This document shows, one piece after another, positions 30,964 to 43,468 of a stretch of 64,000 nt of DNA; the stretch's first letter is position 1, and each line of letters starts with the position of its first letter. This DNA comes from Candidatus Latescibacterota bacterium (lineage in GTDB: Bacteria > Latescibacterota > UBA2968 > GCA-2709665). Below the pieces are notes generated by a model. That model searched no databases. It saw nothing but the letters and a program-made list of their open reading frames with translations, and had not been told where the DNA came from. Where the stretch lies: positions 608,001-672,000 of the forward strand of contig CBDDDZ010000004.1 of the NCBI GenBank assembly GCA_965226795.1, given 5' to 3'. Position numbers and translations under genes: made by a program.

Positions 30964-33900
30964 TCACGCAGGCACCCGACCCGCCTGACCATGACATTTT
31001 TTATATTTTTTTCCGCTTCCACAGGGACATGGGTCGTTTCTGCCCACCTTCTGCACCCGAACCGGACGCTTCCTGGGCGGACCGCCTTCGGAAGCGCTGG
31101 TGGCGGTATCCGACATCGGCGACGCCTCGACTCCAGGGGCAAATCCCATACCTGTGGCGTCCTGATGCATGAGGGAGACTTGTTGAGGTTGGCGGCTTCT
31201 GGGCCTTGTCAATTCCTCTTCAACGGGGATGCGAAACAGGGTTTTCAGTGTTTCACGGTTGATCTCGTCCAGGAGATCGACGAACATCTGAAATCCTTCA
31301 CGCTTGTATTCGATCAGCGGGTCCTTTTGTCCGTATCCGCGCAGACCGATACCCTCCTTGAGATCGTCCATCTCCCTGAGGTGGTCCTTCCACTTTTCGT
31401 CGGTAACCCCCAGATAGACCATCCGCTCGATGTCCCGCATCCTTCCCGCGCCAATCAGACTCTCGCGTCGTCTATAGGCCGCCCTGATCCCGTCGAACAC
31501 CTTTTTTCGGTATCCATCCTCTTTAAGCTCGGGCAACGCCTCCGGGGGTACTACCGGAACCTGAAGGAATATCTGGCGCAGATCGCGATAGAGTCCGTCC
31601 AGATCCCACTCTTCGTGGGTGCCTTCATCCGGAAGATGGCTCCCAAACGAAGCGTTCACCACCTCCTCCATCGTTTCGTCGATCTGTTCGTAGAGATTGT
31701 GTTGCTCCAGCGCGTGGCGCCGCCGGTCATATACGACCTCCCGTTGCTGATTCATCACGTCGTCGTATTCAAGCAGATGTTTGCGCACCTCAAAGTTTCG
31801 GCCTTCCACGCGTTTCTGCGCCCGCTCGATAGATCGGGTCACCATCCGGTGTTCGATCACCTCGCCCTCTTCGGCTCCCAGTCGGTCCATAATCCGGGCA
31901 ATCCTTTCGGATCCGAAGAGCCGCATCAGATCGTCTTCCAATGAGATGAAAAACCGGGAATTTCCGGGGTCGCCCTGTCGGCCAGCGCGTCCCCGGAGCT
32001 GCCGGTCTATCCGCCTCGCCTCGTGTCGCTCGGTGCCGATAATATGCAATCCGCAGGGCAACTCCTCCCGGCACCGGTATTCTTCCAGGTGCGGGCACAA
32101 CGGGTGACCGCCATTGGCCCCAGGGCCGGGTATCAACGCGCATTGATGCCCTTCCGGCGCCTTGACCACGCCCTCACCCAGCTTGATATCCGTACCGCGC
32201 CCCGCCATATTGGTGGCAATGGTCACGGCTGCCGGCTGTCCTGCTCTGGCAACGATCTGGGCTTCCTGCTGGTTGTGGCGGGCGTTGAGCACCGAATGTT
32301 TAATCCCCTTTCGCTTCAACATGCGGGATAACAACTCCGATATTTCGACACTGATCGTACCGACGAGTACCGGCAGGTTTATGCCGTTCAACCGCTCTAT
32401 CTCATCCACGATGGCGTTATATTTCTCCCGTTTGGTTCTGAAGATCAGATCCTCCGAATCAACCCGCCGCACCGGTTCGTTCGTAGGCATCACCACCACG
32501 TCCAGCTTGTAGATCTGAAACAGTTCCGCCGCTTCGGTTTCGGCGGTACCCGTCATCCCCGCCAGTTTGTGGTACAATCGGAAGTAGTTCTGCAAGGTAA
32601 TCGTGGCAATCGTCTGGGTGTCCCGTTCCACCTTGACCCGCTCTTTCGCCTCGAGAGCCTGGTGCAGCCCATCCGCGAATCGCCGACCCGGCTGGGGGCG
32701 CCCGGTGAAATCGTCTACAATAATCACGTGGCCGCCATCCACGATATACCTTACATCCTTCTCATAGAGCGTATAGGCGACCAGAAGCTGTTGCACACTG
32801 TGAATCGCCTCGCTCTTCCGGGCGTAGTCCTGATAGGCGTCGTCCTTAGCCCTGACTTTTTCGTCCGTCGCCAGCGAATCATCCGTTTCGATTTCGTGCA
32901 GGACTTCATCCAGGTCCGGCATCACAAAGTCGTCCGGCTTCCTGCTGATCTCGACGCGCCCCGTGTCAGTCAGGTCGATAACGTGACTCTTCTCGTCCAC
33001 GCTGAAGTAGAGACCTTCGTCAATCTCGCCCATTCGCTTGTCGCGCATGTAATCCGACTCAACCCGACCAATCAGGCGTTTGATTCCCTCCTCCTGCACC
33101 AACTTCATGAATCGGCCGTTTTTGGGCATCCCACGCCGAACCTGAAGCAGCCGGACCCCCGCCTCGTATTCCTCTTCGTCGAGAAGTTCCTCCGCTTCGT
33201 TCAAAGTCCCGGTTACAACCCGTGTCTGCGCCCTGACCAACCGCTCCACCAGTGGCCGCATCTCATCGTACCGCTGGTTATCGGCCTCCGCCACCGCTCC
33301 GGAAATGATCAGCGGCGTCCTGGCTTCGTCGATCAATATGCTGTCCGCTTCGTCGATTATCGCGAAATAGTGGTCGCGCTGCATCAGGTCATCCGGGCGA
33401 ACCGTCATATTGTCATAAAGATAATCGAACCCGAACTGGTCCTTCGTGCCATAGATGATATCGGCCCGATAGGCCTCCCGATGATCGCACTCCCGCAGGC
33501 GGTACCCGCCCTTGCCATCCTCCTCGAGGCGATACGCCTCCGCCTCCATGGATCGGTCCTGGATGATGCCCACGCTCATCCCGAGAAAAAGGTAGAGGGG
33601 TCCCAGCCACATGGCGTCCCGCTTTGCCAGGTAGGAGTTCACCGTGACGAGATGCACGCCCCGTCCCGTCAATCCGTTCAAATAAAGCGGCATTCCCGCC
33701 ACCAGCGTCTTGCCCTCGCCAGTGGCCATCTCGGCTATTTTTCCCTGGTGCAGCACGATACCCCCGACCAACTGCACGTCGTAAGGTACCATATCCCAGA
33801 CAATGGATTCCCCCGAACGCTCCCACTGCTTCCCCTCCGCCTTGAAGCGGCGACACGTCTCCTTATAGACCGCATATGCCTCCGGCAATATCCCCTCCAG

Positions 33901-34200
33901 AGCCTCCGCCTCAAGTTGCCTGACCTCGTCCTCCAGTTCCGAAATTTCATCCAGCAGCGAGGAACGATCCATTTCGTCCTCACTTTTCAACTCCGCCCGC
34001 AACCGATCCACATGTTCCGTACATTCCTCTGTCGCGTCCTGCAGACTTTGTTTGAACTCAGCCGTCTTGTCGCGCAGACCAGCATCCGAAAGCGCGGAGA
34101 AAGACTTGCAAAGGCCGTTAATTCTGTCCACCATCGGCCAGAGTTTCTTCAGATCCCGATCGTATTTGGTCCCGAAGACTTTTTTGATCACACCCATCAT
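30964..34200 (-). CDS. secA: Preprotein translocase SecA
   Basis: [52 protein letters not shown]. Confidence 0.99.
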   Translation of the reverse strand: MMGVIKKVFGTKYDRDLKKLWPMVDRINGLCKSFSALSDAGLRDKTAEFKQSLQDATEECTEHVDRLRAELKSEDEMDRSSLLDEISELEDEVRQLEAEALEGILPEAYAVYKETCRRFKAEGKQWERSGESIVWDMVPYDVQLVGGIVLHQGKIAEMATGEGKTLVAGMPLYLNGLTGRGVHLVTVNSYLAKRDAMWLGPLYLFLGMSVGIIQDRSMEAEAYRLEEDGKGGYRLRECDHREAYRADIIYGTKDQFGFDYLYDNMTVRPDDLMQRDHYFAIIDEADSILIDEARTPLIISGAVAEADNQRYDEMRPLVERLVRAQTRVVTGTLNEAEELLDEEEYEAGVRLLQVRRGMPKNGRFMKLVQEEGIKRLIGRVESDYMRDKRMGEIDEGLYFSVDEKSHVIDLTDTGRVEISRKPDDFVMPDLDEVLHEIETDDSLATDEKVRAKDDAYQDYARKSEAIHSVQQLLVAYTLYEKDVRYIVDGGHVIIVDDFTGRPQPGRRFADGLHQALEAKERVKVERDTQTIATITLQNYFRLYHKLAGMTGTAETEAAELFQIYKLDVVVMPTNEPVRRVDSEDLIFRTKREKYNAIVDEIERLNGINLPVLVGTISVEISELLSRMLKRKGIKHSVLNARHNQQEAQIVARAGQPAAVTIATNMAGRGTDIKLGEGVVKAPEGHQCALIPGPGANGGHPLCPHLEEYRCREELPCGLHIIGTERHEARRIDRQLRGRAGRQGDPGNSRFFISLEDDLMRLFGSERIARIMDRLGAEEGEVIEHRMVTRSIERAQKRVEGRNFEVRKHLLEYDDVMNQQREVVYDRRRHALEQHNLYEQIDETMEEVVNASFGSHLPDEGTHEEWDLDGLYRDLRQIFLQVPVVPPEALPELKEDGYRKKVFDGIRAAYRRRESLIGAGRMRDIERMVYLGVTDEKWKDHLREMDDLKEGIGLRGYGQKDPLIEYKREGFQMFVDLLDEINRETLKTLFRIPVEEELTRPRSRQPQQVSLMHQDATGMGFAPGVEASPMSDTATSASEGGPPRKRPVRVQKVGRNDPCPCGSGKKYKKCHGQAGRVPA

Positions 34201-34285
34201 AAGCGGTTATCCACTTTCTAACGACAATCCATGGGATTTGCCTGCAAACACCCACCTGTTGCCGGTCGTCACACCGGTACCTGGT

Positions 34286-35008
34286 TTATCTGCCCACGGC
34301 AAGGCGTTCCGCCAGAATACCCGGAAGACCGGCGTCCCGGATCTTGGCCTGCGCCAGGGATATGTCATAACACACACGGCAGAGATGCATCTCGTCGGCG
34401 GCCCGGTCCCACATCACAAATGCCGCTCGGGGGTCCCTATCTCGCGGCTGCCCCACGCTGCCCGCATTAACGAGATACCGCAGGGAGGCTTCCACTTTCA
34501 CCGAGCCTTCCCCCAGAATCTCCACGTCTCCGCCCTCGGAACAGATGAACGCGTGGTGAGAATGGCCAACGAAACAGATGCGCGCATTCGTATGGACCAG
34601 ACACATCCGGCCCTCATTCGGACAGCGGATATAGGGAAATGTATCCGGACGGTCCGGCGACGCGTGCGCGTACAGCACCATGTCTTCCTGTACGGTTAAC
34701 GGCCGTCCTTCAAGGTACGCCACGTGGTCTTTGCTTAACTCCGCCGCCGTCCACCGGATCGCGGCCAGCGCGGCGGGGTTGAAGTTGCGTGCGTACCGGA
34801 GAGACACGGCAGCCCGATCGTGATTGCCGGCGAGCACCGTCTCGGCCACGGCCCGCACTTTTGCAATACAGGCATTCGGATCGGCGCCGTACCCCACCAT
34901 GTCTCCCAGACAGACCACACGGTCCGCATGCATTCCTGCGCACCGTTCCAGCACGGACTGAAGCGCCTCTAAATTGCCATGGATATCGGAAATGATCGCG
35001 ATGCGCAT
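34286..35008 (-). CDS. Calcineurin-like metallophosphoesterase
   Basis: SDIHGN, GDMVGYG, GNHD, GHSH, GSVGQPRD. Confidence 0.92.
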   Translation of the reverse strand: MRIAIISDIHGNLEALQSVLERCAGMHADRVVCLGDMVGYGADPNACIAKVRAVAETVLAGNHDRAAVSLRYARNFNPAALAAIRWTAAELSKDHVAYLEGRPLTVQEDMVLYAHASPDRPDTFPYIRCPNEGRMCLVHTNARICFVGHSHHAFICSEGGDVEILGEGSVKVEASLRYLVNAGSVGQPRDRDPRAAFVMWDRAADEMHLCRVCYDISLAQAKIRDAGLPGILAERLAVGR

Positions 35009-35234
35009 GAGGGCAATACGGGCGGAGAGGAACGGTCGCCCCGTATCGGTTATCCTGCGTGAAAGCGCCAGAACACGACTGGGATCGATACCGGCTGAAC
35101 GTTACAGCCGGAAGCGACACCCTCAATTTCCACTGGGACGTGGAACCGTCTTTTCCACGGAACCCGCTGCGGCGTTTTCTCATCTGGAAAGGAATGCCTG
35201 TCCGAAACGCCCGATGCCGTCGGCTCTTTCCATC

Positions 35235-35663
35235 CTAATCTGCGGTTTCTGGCATTATACCCTGTTGCCTGACCAGCGCATCCAGTATTCCGTTGATAAA
35301 CGTCGGCGCCTTCTCAACGCTGTACCGCTTTGCGAGTTCAATGGCTTCGTTCATCGAGACCCTGACCGGGATATTGTCGAATGCCAGCATTTCGGTAAGC
35401 GCCATCCACAGGAGGATCCGATCGATTCTCGAGATGCGTTCCAATGCCCAGTTCCTTAAAATCCCCTCAACCATACGGTTAAGTTCGTCTTTCCGCGTCC
35501 AGGTCTCCCGACCCAGCGCCTGTGCGAATTCGGCCGCATCCTCTGACAGCTCCGCGCGAACCGCCATGGCATGGAGCGTCTGATGCACGGGGTCTCCCGA
35601 ACTCTCGCTCCAATATAGCGCCTGCAGCGCAACTTCGCGGGCTTTTCGGCGTGAACCCGTCAT
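35235..35663 (-). CDS. nusB: Transcription antitermination factor NusB
   Basis: [30 protein letters not shown]. Confidence 0.96.
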   Translation of the reverse strand: MTGSRRKAREVALQALYWSESSGDPVHQTLHAMAVRAELSEDAAEFAQALGRETWTRKDELNRMVEGILRNWALERISRIDRILLWMALTEMLAFDNIPVRVSMNEAIELAKRYSVEKAPTFINGILDALVRQQGIMPETAD

Positions 35664-36139
35664 GCCTCGTCTTCTTTCCAGGATGCCAGCAGATTCGCCA
35701 TCTCGACGGCGCCCAGGGCAACTTCCCATCCCTTGTTGCCGGCCTTGGTCCCCGCCCTTTCGATTGCCTGTTCGATGGTATCGGTTGTCAGCACGCCAAA
35801 CAGGCACGGAACACCCGATTCCAGCCCTACCGACGCAATGCCCTTGGAGACCTCATTGGCCACGTAATCGAAATGGGGTGTACTCCCGCGAATCACGGCA
35901 CCCAGACAGATCACCGCGTCGTAGCACCCGCTGCGTGCCATCTTCTGAGCCATCAGCGGGATCTCGAACGAACCCGGAACCCAGGCCACGTCCACGTTCT
36001 CCGGTTCGCATCCATGCCGCTTCAGACAATCCTCGGCACCGTCCAGCAACTGCTTGCTAATCAGCGCGTTGAATCGACTTACCACAATACCGAAGCGTTT
36101 GCCGTCCGCACTCAATCCACCTTCAAACACTCTGGCCAT
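35660..36139 (-). CDS. ribH: Lumazine synthase
   Basis: [24 protein letters not shown]. Confidence 0.97.
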   Translation of the reverse strand: MARVFEGGLSADGKRFGIVVSRFNALISKQLLDGAEDCLKRHGCEPENVDVAWVPGSFEIPLMAQKMARSGCYDAVICLGAVIRGSTPHFDYVANEVSKGIASVGLESGVPCLFGVLTTDTIEQAIERAGTKAGNKGWEVALGAVEMANLLASWKEDEA

Positions 36140-37397
36140 ACGTTCCCTCCGGGGCGCCATCGACCAACTTCAGATCTTCTTCGTCAAATAAGTGTCCCAT
36201 CTTCTTCTGTTTGGTGCGTAAATACCGGATATTCCATGGCGTTGGAACAATCTTGACAGGCACTCGCTCCACGATCTCGATTCCATACGCCTCCAGCCCC
36301 ACCCGCTTGGCCGGATTGTTGGTGATCAGTCGCGCCTTTCTGATGCCCAGATCCAACAGGATCTGCGCACCGATGCCGTAATCCCGCTCGTCCATCTTGA
36401 ATCCCAGCTTCAGATTCGCCTCCACCGTATCGTAGCCTTCCTCCTGAAGCTGGTAGGCGTGTATCTTTTCGCGAAGGCCGATACCGCGGCCCTCCTGCCG
36501 CATGTAGACAACGGCACCGCGCCCCTCCCGTTCAATCAACTCGATCGCTGAATGGAGGTTCGTGCTGCAGTCGCACCTTAGCGACCTGAACGTGTCGCCG
36601 GTCAGACACTCGGAGTGCATCCGAACCAGCACGGGATCACCCGTCGACAGGTCTCCCTTGGTCAGTGCCACGTGTTCCCGCCGGTCGACTTCGCTTTCGT
36701 AAAGGTGCAACTTGAACTCGCCGAACTGGGTGGGGAGGCGCACGGTCTCCAGGCATCCGACCAGCTTTTCCGATCGGCGGCGATATGCAATCAGATCGCG
36801 AATTGTGATAATCTTCAGGTTGAACTGACGAGCCATTTCCATCAGCTGCGGCAGCCGGGCCATCGTCCCGTCCGAATTCAATATTTCGCACAGGACACCC
36901 GCCGGATAGAGGCCGGCGAGCCTCGCCAGGTCCACCGTCGCCTCCGTGTGCCCCGCTCGGCGCAATACACCTCCTGGACGGGCACACAGAGGAAAGACGT
37001 GCCCGGGTCTGGCAAAATCAGGTGGCCGGGCGCCCGGGTCCACAAATCGCTGTATTGTGACCGCCCGATCCTGCACCGAAATCCCGGTGGTGGTGCCCTC
37101 TACCGCGTCGATGCTGACCGTGAAAGGCGTTCCGTGCAACGCTGTGTTTCTGCCCACCATCATCTCCAGCTCCAACTCCCGCAGTCGCTCCGGCGTTGCC
37201 GGCAGGCAGACCAGCCCGCGCCCGTGAAGGGCCATGAAATTGATAATTTCAGGCGTGACTTTTTCCGCCGCTGTGATCAGGTCCCCTTCGTTTTCCCGGT
37301 CCTCATCGTCCACGACGATAACCAATTTTCCCGTCCGAATGTCGTCCAGCGCCTCTTCGATGGACGCAAAACAGAACCCGTTGTCGATTTCAGACAT
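36123..37397 (-). CDS. ribBA: Bifunctional DHBP synthase / GTP cyclohydrolase II
   Basis: [36 protein letters not shown]. Confidence 0.97.
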   Translation of the reverse strand: MSEIDNGFCFASIEEALDDIRTGKLVIVVDDEDRENEGDLITAAEKVTPEIINFMALHGRGLVCLPATPERLRELELEMMVGRNTALHGTPFTVSIDAVEGTTTGISVQDRAVTIQRFVDPGARPPDFARPGHVFPLCARPGGVLRRAGHTEATVDLARLAGLYPAGVLCEILNSDGTMARLPQLMEMARQFNLKIITIRDLIAYRRRSEKLVGCLETVRLPTQFGEFKLHLYESEVDRREHVALTKGDLSTGDPVLVRMHSECLTGDTFRSLRCDCSTNLHSAIELIEREGRGAVVYMRQEGRGIGLREKIHAYQLQEEGYDTVEANLKLGFKMDERDYGIGAQILLDLGIRKARLITNNPAKRVGLEAYGIEIVERVPVKIVPTPWNIRYLRTKQKKMGHLFDEEDLKLVDGAPEGTYGQSV

Positions 37398-37457
37398 GAA
37401 GTGCCGCTCCCGGCAAAGTGACGAAGAGATATGTACAAATCTCAACCCGTGCGAATC

Positions 37458-38114
37458 TCATTGAACCCCTTCTCTTTCACTACCGTACACGATGTCCTGC
37501 GTTGCCGACAATTCCCCATTGGCCGCGTGGCGGCCTGTCAACCTATCCAGATACCGCGCCACCATGTCCACCTCCAGATTCACAGTGTCGCCGACCCGGC
37601 GTTCACTGATCGTTGTCGCTTCCATCGTATGCGGAATCACCGACACCGTGAAGTCGCGTGCGCCTGCGGACACAACCGTCAGGCTGATCCCGTCTACGGC
37701 TATCGAACCCTTATCAGCCACGAACGGGGCGAGTTCGGCCGGCATCCCTATCCGGAACACGACGTTGTCCGCCCATCGCCGCCGCTCAAGCACCCGGCCC
37801 AACCCATCCACGTGTCCGGACACCAGATGGCCACCCAGGCGATCCGACAGTTTTAGCGATCGTTCCAGATTCACCCGGTCGCCCGTTTTCAACTTTCCCA
37901 TGGTCGTCCGCTCCAGGGTCTCCGATACGGATTCGAATGAAAACCCCTGCCGCCCCACTTCGACAACGGTGTGGCAGGCGCCGTCGATCGAGATGCTATC
38001 GCCAATCGCAACATCCGCCAGCACGTGCTTCACTTCCAGTGTCGTTCGCTGATACCCCGTCCGCCTCTGAACCGTACGCACCAGCCCCACTTCCTCGACA
38101 ATTCCCGTAAACAT
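37458..38114 (-). CDS. ribE: Riboflavin synthase
   Basis: [24 protein letters not shown]. Confidence 0.96.
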   Translation of the reverse strand: MFTGIVEEVGLVRTVQRRTGYQRTTLEVKHVLADVAIGDSISIDGACHTVVEVGRQGFSFESVSETLERTTMGKLKTGDRVNLERSLKLSDRLGGHLVSGHVDGLGRVLERRRWADNVVFRIGMPAELAPFVADKGSIAVDGISLTVVSAGARDFTVSVIPHTMEATTISERRVGDTVNLEVDMVARYLDRLTGRHAANGELSATQDIVYGSEREGVQ

Positions 38115-38189
38115 CAAGCCCATCCTTTCGGGGGCCACGGCGTTCGGGAAATCAGAGACACACCAAACAATGAGTCCTGGTTTGGCGTT

Positions 38190-39302
38190 CTATTCCGCGG
38201 CCCATGGCGTCCGTGTCGGAACCGCATCGTCTTTCACCCGTGCCGTGTAGAATAAATCGGGTCCGGTCCAATCCACGTCGACCTCGTTGAGACGAATCGC
38301 ATCGGCCATTCTTGTTATCCCCAGATCGCCCACCGAGGCAATCCCTTTACCCAGAATCGCGGGGGCGATAAACACTGCCAGCCGGTCGACCAACCGGTCT
38401 CGCATGGCGGACGCCGCCACGGCACCCCCGCCTTCGATCAACATATGGGTGATTCCTTCGTTGCCCGCCCGGGAAAGCACGTCTCGAAGCAAGGGCCTTC
38501 CATTTATCTGCGAACAGACCCACACGCGTGCGCCGCATTTTTCCATCGCTTCGATTTTTTTTTTTGATACACCTTCCGCCGCGGCAAGAATCAGAGGCGC
38601 CCCGTCGAATACCTTCGCCCCTCTTGAAATCTCAAGGCGACTGTCCAGCACGATTTTTACCGGATCGACACCGTCCAGATGCCGGACAGACAGCGCCGGA
38701 TCGTCCGCGTCGACCGTCCCCCGCCCAACCATAACCGCCGTTGCTTCGGCACGCAGCCCGTGCGCCCGTGTTCGGGACACATCCGAGGAAATCCATTTCG
38801 ATTCGCCCAATGCGGTCGCAATCCGACCGTCGAGGGTCTGGGCCAGCTTCAGAGTGACAAAAGGAAAACCCGTCGTCCGGTGTTTTATAAAAGCCTCGTT
38901 GAGTCGTCGTGCCTCTCCTTCGAGCACACCGACCTCCACCCGTATGCCCGCCTCGCGCAACCGGTCGATACCTCGGCCTGAAACCCGTCTATCCGGATCC
39001 ACCATTCCGCACACAACCCGCACGACCCCTTTTTTTATCAATAAATCGACACACGGCGGCGTGAGGCCGGTATGGGCGCACGGTTCAAGCGTCACATAGA
39101 GCGTGACGTCCGGCGTTCCGTCCGCCACGCCTTCAAGCGCATAGACCTCAGCGTGTGATTTTCCCGACTCAGGATGATAACCCTTTCCTACAATGTGCCC
39201 GTTCCGGACCGCCACCGCGCCCACCAGCGCACCGTCCCTAACCCGGCCGCGTCCTTTTTCAGCCAAAGACAACGCCAGCCGCATATTATCCACATCCGTC
39301 AT
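38190..39302 (-). CDS. ribD: Bifunctional pyrimidine deaminase/reductase
   Basis: HAE, LEPC..PPC, TLDGRIA, EGGG. Confidence 0.96.
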   Translation of the reverse strand: MTDVDNMRLALSLAEKGRGRVRDGALVGAVAVRNGHIVGKGYHPESGKSHAEVYALEGVADGTPDVTLYVTLEPCAHTGLTPPCVDLLIKKGVVRVVCGMVDPDRRVSGRGIDRLREAGIRVEVGVLEGEARRLNEAFIKHRTTGFPFVTLKLAQTLDGRIATALGESKWISSDVSRTRAHGLRAEATAVMVGRGTVDADDPALSVRHLDGVDPVKIVLDSRLEISRGAKVFDGAPLILAAAEGVSKKKIEAMEKCGARVWVCSQINGRPLLRDVLSRAGNEGITHMLIEGGGAVAASAMRDRLVDRLAVFIAPAILGKGIASVGDLGITRMADAIRLNEVDVDWTGPDLFYTARVKDDAVPTRTPWAAE

Positions 39303-39351
39303 ATACCACCCAGTGTCGCCGGGACCGGGAATCCCGGAACGTGGAAGGGCT

Positions 39352-41433
39352 CTACTTCAAATCTACCGTCGCCTTGCCAACCCCCACGTTTCCCAGCGAG
39401 TCGGTCACACGGACGACCACCGTGTATTCTCCCGCAGTCAGCTCTGGAATTTCAAAACGCAGGGTTTCGGTCCTGGAATCGAAAATCCGATCTACAGGAA
39501 AAACCACCTTCCAGTCTCCAGAATTCACCGCATAGTCCGCCTTCCAGAGAGGGCTCGCAGCGTCGTTCAGCGAACCCTCGACGACTATGGACCTGTCCGC
39601 AGCCGGCCGTATCTGCAGCCGCACAGCGGGTGGCGTGTGGTCAAGATCGAACGGCTCGCTTACTTTTTCGCCAACCAGCGCGAGTTCTTCCGGATTGTTC
39701 AACCGGTCGGACGCCACCACCCTGACAAGCATCGTGCCTTCGGGGGCAGATTCGGTATGCCACTCGTAGGAATTGGCAAGCAGGTCCTCCTTCAGGAGTT
39801 TCCACTCTTTCTCGGAGCGACCCCGATAATACAACGCGTACACCAGTCGGTCGTCGTTTGCGTCTGCCGCTTTCCAGGAGATTCGCCAGACACCTCTCGC
39901 GTTACCGGGCGCCTGCCGGCCCTTTCCGGCGTCCTGAGGCGGAGCGCCGTTACCCTGGGCCTCAAGGGGCGAGACGACGAGTGCAAGCACCTGCGGGCCC
40001 ATGTTTTCCTGGAGGCCCACCAGACTCACTTCTCGAATCATCGGTGTGGTCGCGCCCGTTACCGAACTCAACTCGGCCCGATACTGCAGGAATCGGGCAG
40101 GCGGACTCGATATCTGACCACCCTGGGCGGCTGAAGACCATTCACTCCAGGTATTGTCCGGTTTTTCGCTGTTTCCCGACCGCGTCTGGAATTGAATCGA
40201 CGCATCCTGTGCGGGTTCTGAATCCCACCGGATCTTACCCCATCTGGAGACCAGGAAGAAATCTCTCGCCCTGGATTCCAACCTGCCTTCGCGTGTGTGT
40301 GCCTTCCCCAACCGGTACACTTTTCCAGCACCCGCGGTTCCCACCCAGAACTCCCCGGATCCGGACCTGCAGAATGCCCACGGCTGTACGTCTTTCAGAC
40401 GGGTCAACAGGGTTGCCCGACCATTCAGGTCCACGCGATAGATGCTCCCCCTGTCTCCCGTCAGCGCGGTAATTTCCCGATCGTCGACGTCCAATGCAAG
40501 AAGCATCGGCTCATCCACCTCCCAAAGACGAACCGTCGCACCCGAGGGCCGTATGGCATACAACACGGAAGCCTGTTGCGAGGAAGAGGATCCCTGACCC
40601 TTGGCGGCTGGCTGGGACCCGCCCTTTCCGCTCCCCTTGGAACGCTTGGACATCGCGCCCGCGAACAGGATCCCGTCCGGTCCCATCGCAAGCGCATGAA
40701 TTTCATCTTCCGCCGCATCGTAAAGCACTTCAACTCGTCCCTTTGCATTGACCCGATAGACCAGACCACTCTGATCCGTACCCGCGTACACCTGCCCGTC
40801 GGCGTCCCGAATCAGCGAAACCACATTGTGGTCTTCGCTCTTATAAACCTCGTCGACCTTTCCGGCCGCGGAAATACGCAGGATGCGTCCGTGTCTGCCG
40901 CCGGTGGCCGCGTACAGGCCTCCCTGTCCATCCACCACCAACACCCAGACGTGTTCGTCTCCGGTTCGACAAAACATCTCAGGCTCTTTGCCAGGAACAA
41001 CCCTGTATACAATCCCGTCCGGGGAGGATCCGGCAAAAAGTGTTCCGGCCGGTCCGACGGCGAGACTGAAAATGGCCACCTCGGGAGAATCAAAGAGAAG
41101 CACCGGCTCACCAGCGCCATCAAACGCAAAGATCTTTCCGCTATTACCCGTCCCAATATACAGACGGCCACCTCGCCCCTCCGCAAGCGCCCACACGAAT
41201 TCTTCGCCCGTATCCGCTGCGGCTTGAAGCTCCGGCGCGAGCAACACCATGCCCTCTCTGGTTATCGAGACGCCGTCGGCTTCGCCCCTGGCAAACGATT
41301 CCTGCGAATGGTCGCGCCAGACGATCGGCTCGACGCCGTCTGATGAACCCGGCAGGCAGCCTAGAACGAAACAAAGGCCCATAAATAATACACGAAACTT
41401 CGCATGTCCGTTTTCTCGATCCAACAGCCTCAT
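39352..41433 (-). CDS. Secreted beta-propeller repeat protein with C-terminal beta-sandwich
   Basis: Signal peptide; repeated LA.GPxGxLYAGT..G.VYRV blades. Confidence 0.75.
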   Translation of the reverse strand: MRLLDRENGHAKFRVLFMGLCFVLGCLPGSSDGVEPIVWRDHSQESFARGEADGVSITREGMVLLAPELQAAADTGEEFVWALAEGRGGRLYIGTGNSGKIFAFDGAGEPVLLFDSPEVAIFSLAVGPAGTLFAGSSPDGIVYRVVPGKEPEMFCRTGDEHVWVLVVDGQGGLYAATGGRHGRILRISAAGKVDEVYKSEDHNVVSLIRDADGQVYAGTDQSGLVYRVNAKGRVEVLYDAAEDEIHALAMGPDGILFAGAMSKRSKGSGKGGSQPAAKGQGSSSSQQASVLYAIRPSGATVRLWEVDEPMLLALDVDDREITALTGDRGSIYRVDLNGRATLLTRLKDVQPWAFCRSGSGEFWVGTAGAGKVYRLGKAHTREGRLESRARDFFLVSRWGKIRWDSEPAQDASIQFQTRSGNSEKPDNTWSEWSSAAQGGQISSPPARFLQYRAELSSVTGATTPMIREVSLVGLQENMGPQVLALVVSPLEAQGNGAPPQDAGKGRQAPGNARGVWRISWKAADANDDRLVYALYYRGRSEKEWKLLKEDLLANSYEWHTESAPEGTMLVRVVASDRLNNPEELALVGEKVSEPFDLDHTPPAVRLQIRPAADRSIVVEGSLNDAASPLWKADYAVNSGDWKVVFPVDRIFDSRTETLRFEIPELTAGEYTVVVRVTDSLGNVGVGKATVDLK

Positions 41434-41574
41434 CTCCTATCCTTACGCAATAGCTCTTCGCTGTCAGTTACCCCCGCCAGGCCGCGTGCGGTCCATCCGT
41501 TGCTGGCGCGCCAATGCGGGTTCGCGACGGGTTCGTTCCGGCCGGGCGTCTGGCGATGGCGTTCCCGGGATTGG

Positions 41575-43380
41575 CTATTTCCCTTTATCGCCAGCGCTTC
41601 CACCCTCGGCAAAAACGACGCCATTCCGTTTCCTGTTGACATTCAGTACGACGACCTGACTTCCGGAAAGCACATAGTCCGTGGGAATTCGAGCCCTTTG
41701 CACAACGGTCTGCAGAACCCGTTTTACCGCATCCGACGAACGGGAAAACTGAAGCACCGAAAGCACCGAGGACGGCAGCCTTGACACCTCCCGTCCCTCG
41801 ATCGTCACTCCCAGGGCGCCGGACAGCAACTCAACGACCATCTCGTTGTTCCGGCCCACCCGCCCCAACAGGCGGATAAGATGATCCAGATCTCTGGCAT
41901 TATATTCACCCGGCGCTCGCTTGGCCTCCTGTTTGCCGTGGGCGGATGCGCTGGAAACCCTGAGAATCAACCGGCCGCCCGGTGTTTGATTCGGAATGAC
42001 CAGCGCCTCCTGCACTTCCTCCAGGCCGCCCCAATAGGGCTTTAAAGAAACCGTGACGCGCACCGTATCGCCAGGCTGGAACGATGTCTTCTGCAAACCA
42101 ATTGACTTGATGCGGGCAGTGTGCGCCCGCTCAGCTTCAACATCCAGGTCGAAGGTAACCCGCTCGATCTTAACCGGCTCAAATGGATTCCGGATCAGCT
42201 TTGCAAGCGGCGTGGTAACCCCCAGCACGGCATTACTCAGCCCCAGCGGTCCGGCATAGACGTTTTCGGCCTCCACTGATGGACGTCCGTTCAGGTCAAT
42301 TCGCACACGGGACTTCACCGTTACCTCTCCCGTCAGCTTCTCGGACGAAATCATCGCGCTGAATACCGCCATTCTCAACAGAGTGGGGCTGAGATCGCGG
42401 TTTCGCAGAACCTCCATCCGGAACTGCGCCTGCTTGCCCGGGGAACGCAAATTGATCTGCGCCGGCATCATGTCCACCTCGAGGCCGATGGTGCCCGCTA
42501 TGCCGGGCGCGCGGTCCTGAACGATGGCACCTATGGTTTCCCCGACCACACCCAGCTTGAAGGACGCGTATTGACTGGGCAACACTTCGTGAATATAGGC
42601 TGCCGTCATCGGCAACGCCGTGGCGCCGCCGAAAATCATGGAATGCCCGAAACCGACCACGCGGTCTCCGTCGCGATGGGTCAGCGTTCCGATTCCCGTA
42701 ACGCTGAGATCACCACGTACCAGCTGCACACCCATGGCTGCGCCCGGTTCGAACGCACCTGAAGGCAGACCAGGATCCATTCCACCTCCGCCCTGAACCG
42801 GCGTCCATCCCATCCTCGAAAATTCATGTCGGAATTCAGCCACCGCCTGCCGTGCGAAACCGGAGATCACGATCGGCAGGCTGATCGGCGTCAACTCAGC
42901 CGCATTCATCCCCGTCAGATCGACCAGACGGCGCGCGCCGGTTTCCGTCAATCGGGCCGCCGAACTGACGCCCTCTGGCGCTGATGGTCGATTGAACAGA
43001 TCAACCATGGCCGCGATTGGCGTTATCCCGGCGATGGGTTCTTTAGCAAAGGCGCCAACTCGATACGATACCGCTCCTACCAACTTACCATCGATATAAA
43101 CCGGGCTGCCGCTCATCCCCAGGATCACCCCTGTATTCGACAGGGGGCCGCCGGACAGCCGGGCGAGAATCAGGTCGCTTCGTGGACCGATCGCGTTGTG
43201 CAGCACACCCAGGATTTCGACCTGAAACGTATCGATCCGCGTGCCCTGGAAGACCGTCCGGCCGATACCCCGCATGCCTCTCCGGAGCTCTTCGACGGGC
43301 ATGGTCGCCACGGTCCCCCAGGAATTGCCGACAATTATGCCCGACAGCAAAGCGGGGAGCGTTATTTTCAGTAGGCGCAT
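41575..43380 (-). CDS. SpoIVB-like peptidase S55 domain protein
   Basis: GRTVFQGT, GMSGSPVYIDGKLVGAVS, GITPI, FGH; real start ATG 43380. Confidence 0.88.
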   Translation of the reverse strand: MRLLKITLPALLSGIIVGNSWGTVATMPVEELRRGMRGIGRTVFQGTRIDTFQVEILGVLHNAIGPRSDLILARLSGGPLSNTGVILGMSGSPVYIDGKLVGAVSYRVGAFAKEPIAGITPIAAMVDLFNRPSAPEGVSSAARLTETGARRLVDLTGMNAAELTPISLPIVISGFARQAVAEFRHEFSRMGWTPVQGGGGMDPGLPSGAFEPGAAMGVQLVRGDLSVTGIGTLTHRDGDRVVGFGHSMIFGGATALPMTAAYIHEVLPSQYASFKLGVVGETIGAIVQDRAPGIAGTIGLEVDMMPAQINLRSPGKQAQFRMEVLRNRDLSPTLLRMAVFSAMISSEKLTGEVTVKSRVRIDLNGRPSVEAENVYAGPLGLSNAVLGVTTPLAKLIRNPFEPVKIERVTFDLDVEAERAHTARIKSIGLQKTSFQPGDTVRVTVSLKPYWGGLEEVQEALVIPNQTPGGRLILRVSSASAHGKQEAKRAPGEYNARDLDHLIRLLGRVGRNNEMVVELLSGALGVTIEGREVSRLPSSVLSVLQFSRSSDAVKRVLQTVVQRARIPTDYVLSGSQVVVLNVNRKRNGVVFAEGGSAGDKGK

Positions 43381-43468
43381 CACGACACAGACCCTTTCTC
43401 GTAAAACAGTATTGAAGCCACGGAATCTACGGTGCGCCCTCAAAAAAGTCAAGCATTGCCACGTCCTA

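Noticed and set aside
30361..34221. Long plus-strand ORFs (527 and 550 aa)
   Set aside because: Antisense shadows of secA in GC-rich DNA with no motifs; likewise 57068-58474, 28136-29020 and 25045-26157.
15140..39294. TTATCCACA-like DnaA boxes (about 15140, 34207, 39286)
   Set aside because: Isolated, unclustered and far from the skew switch.
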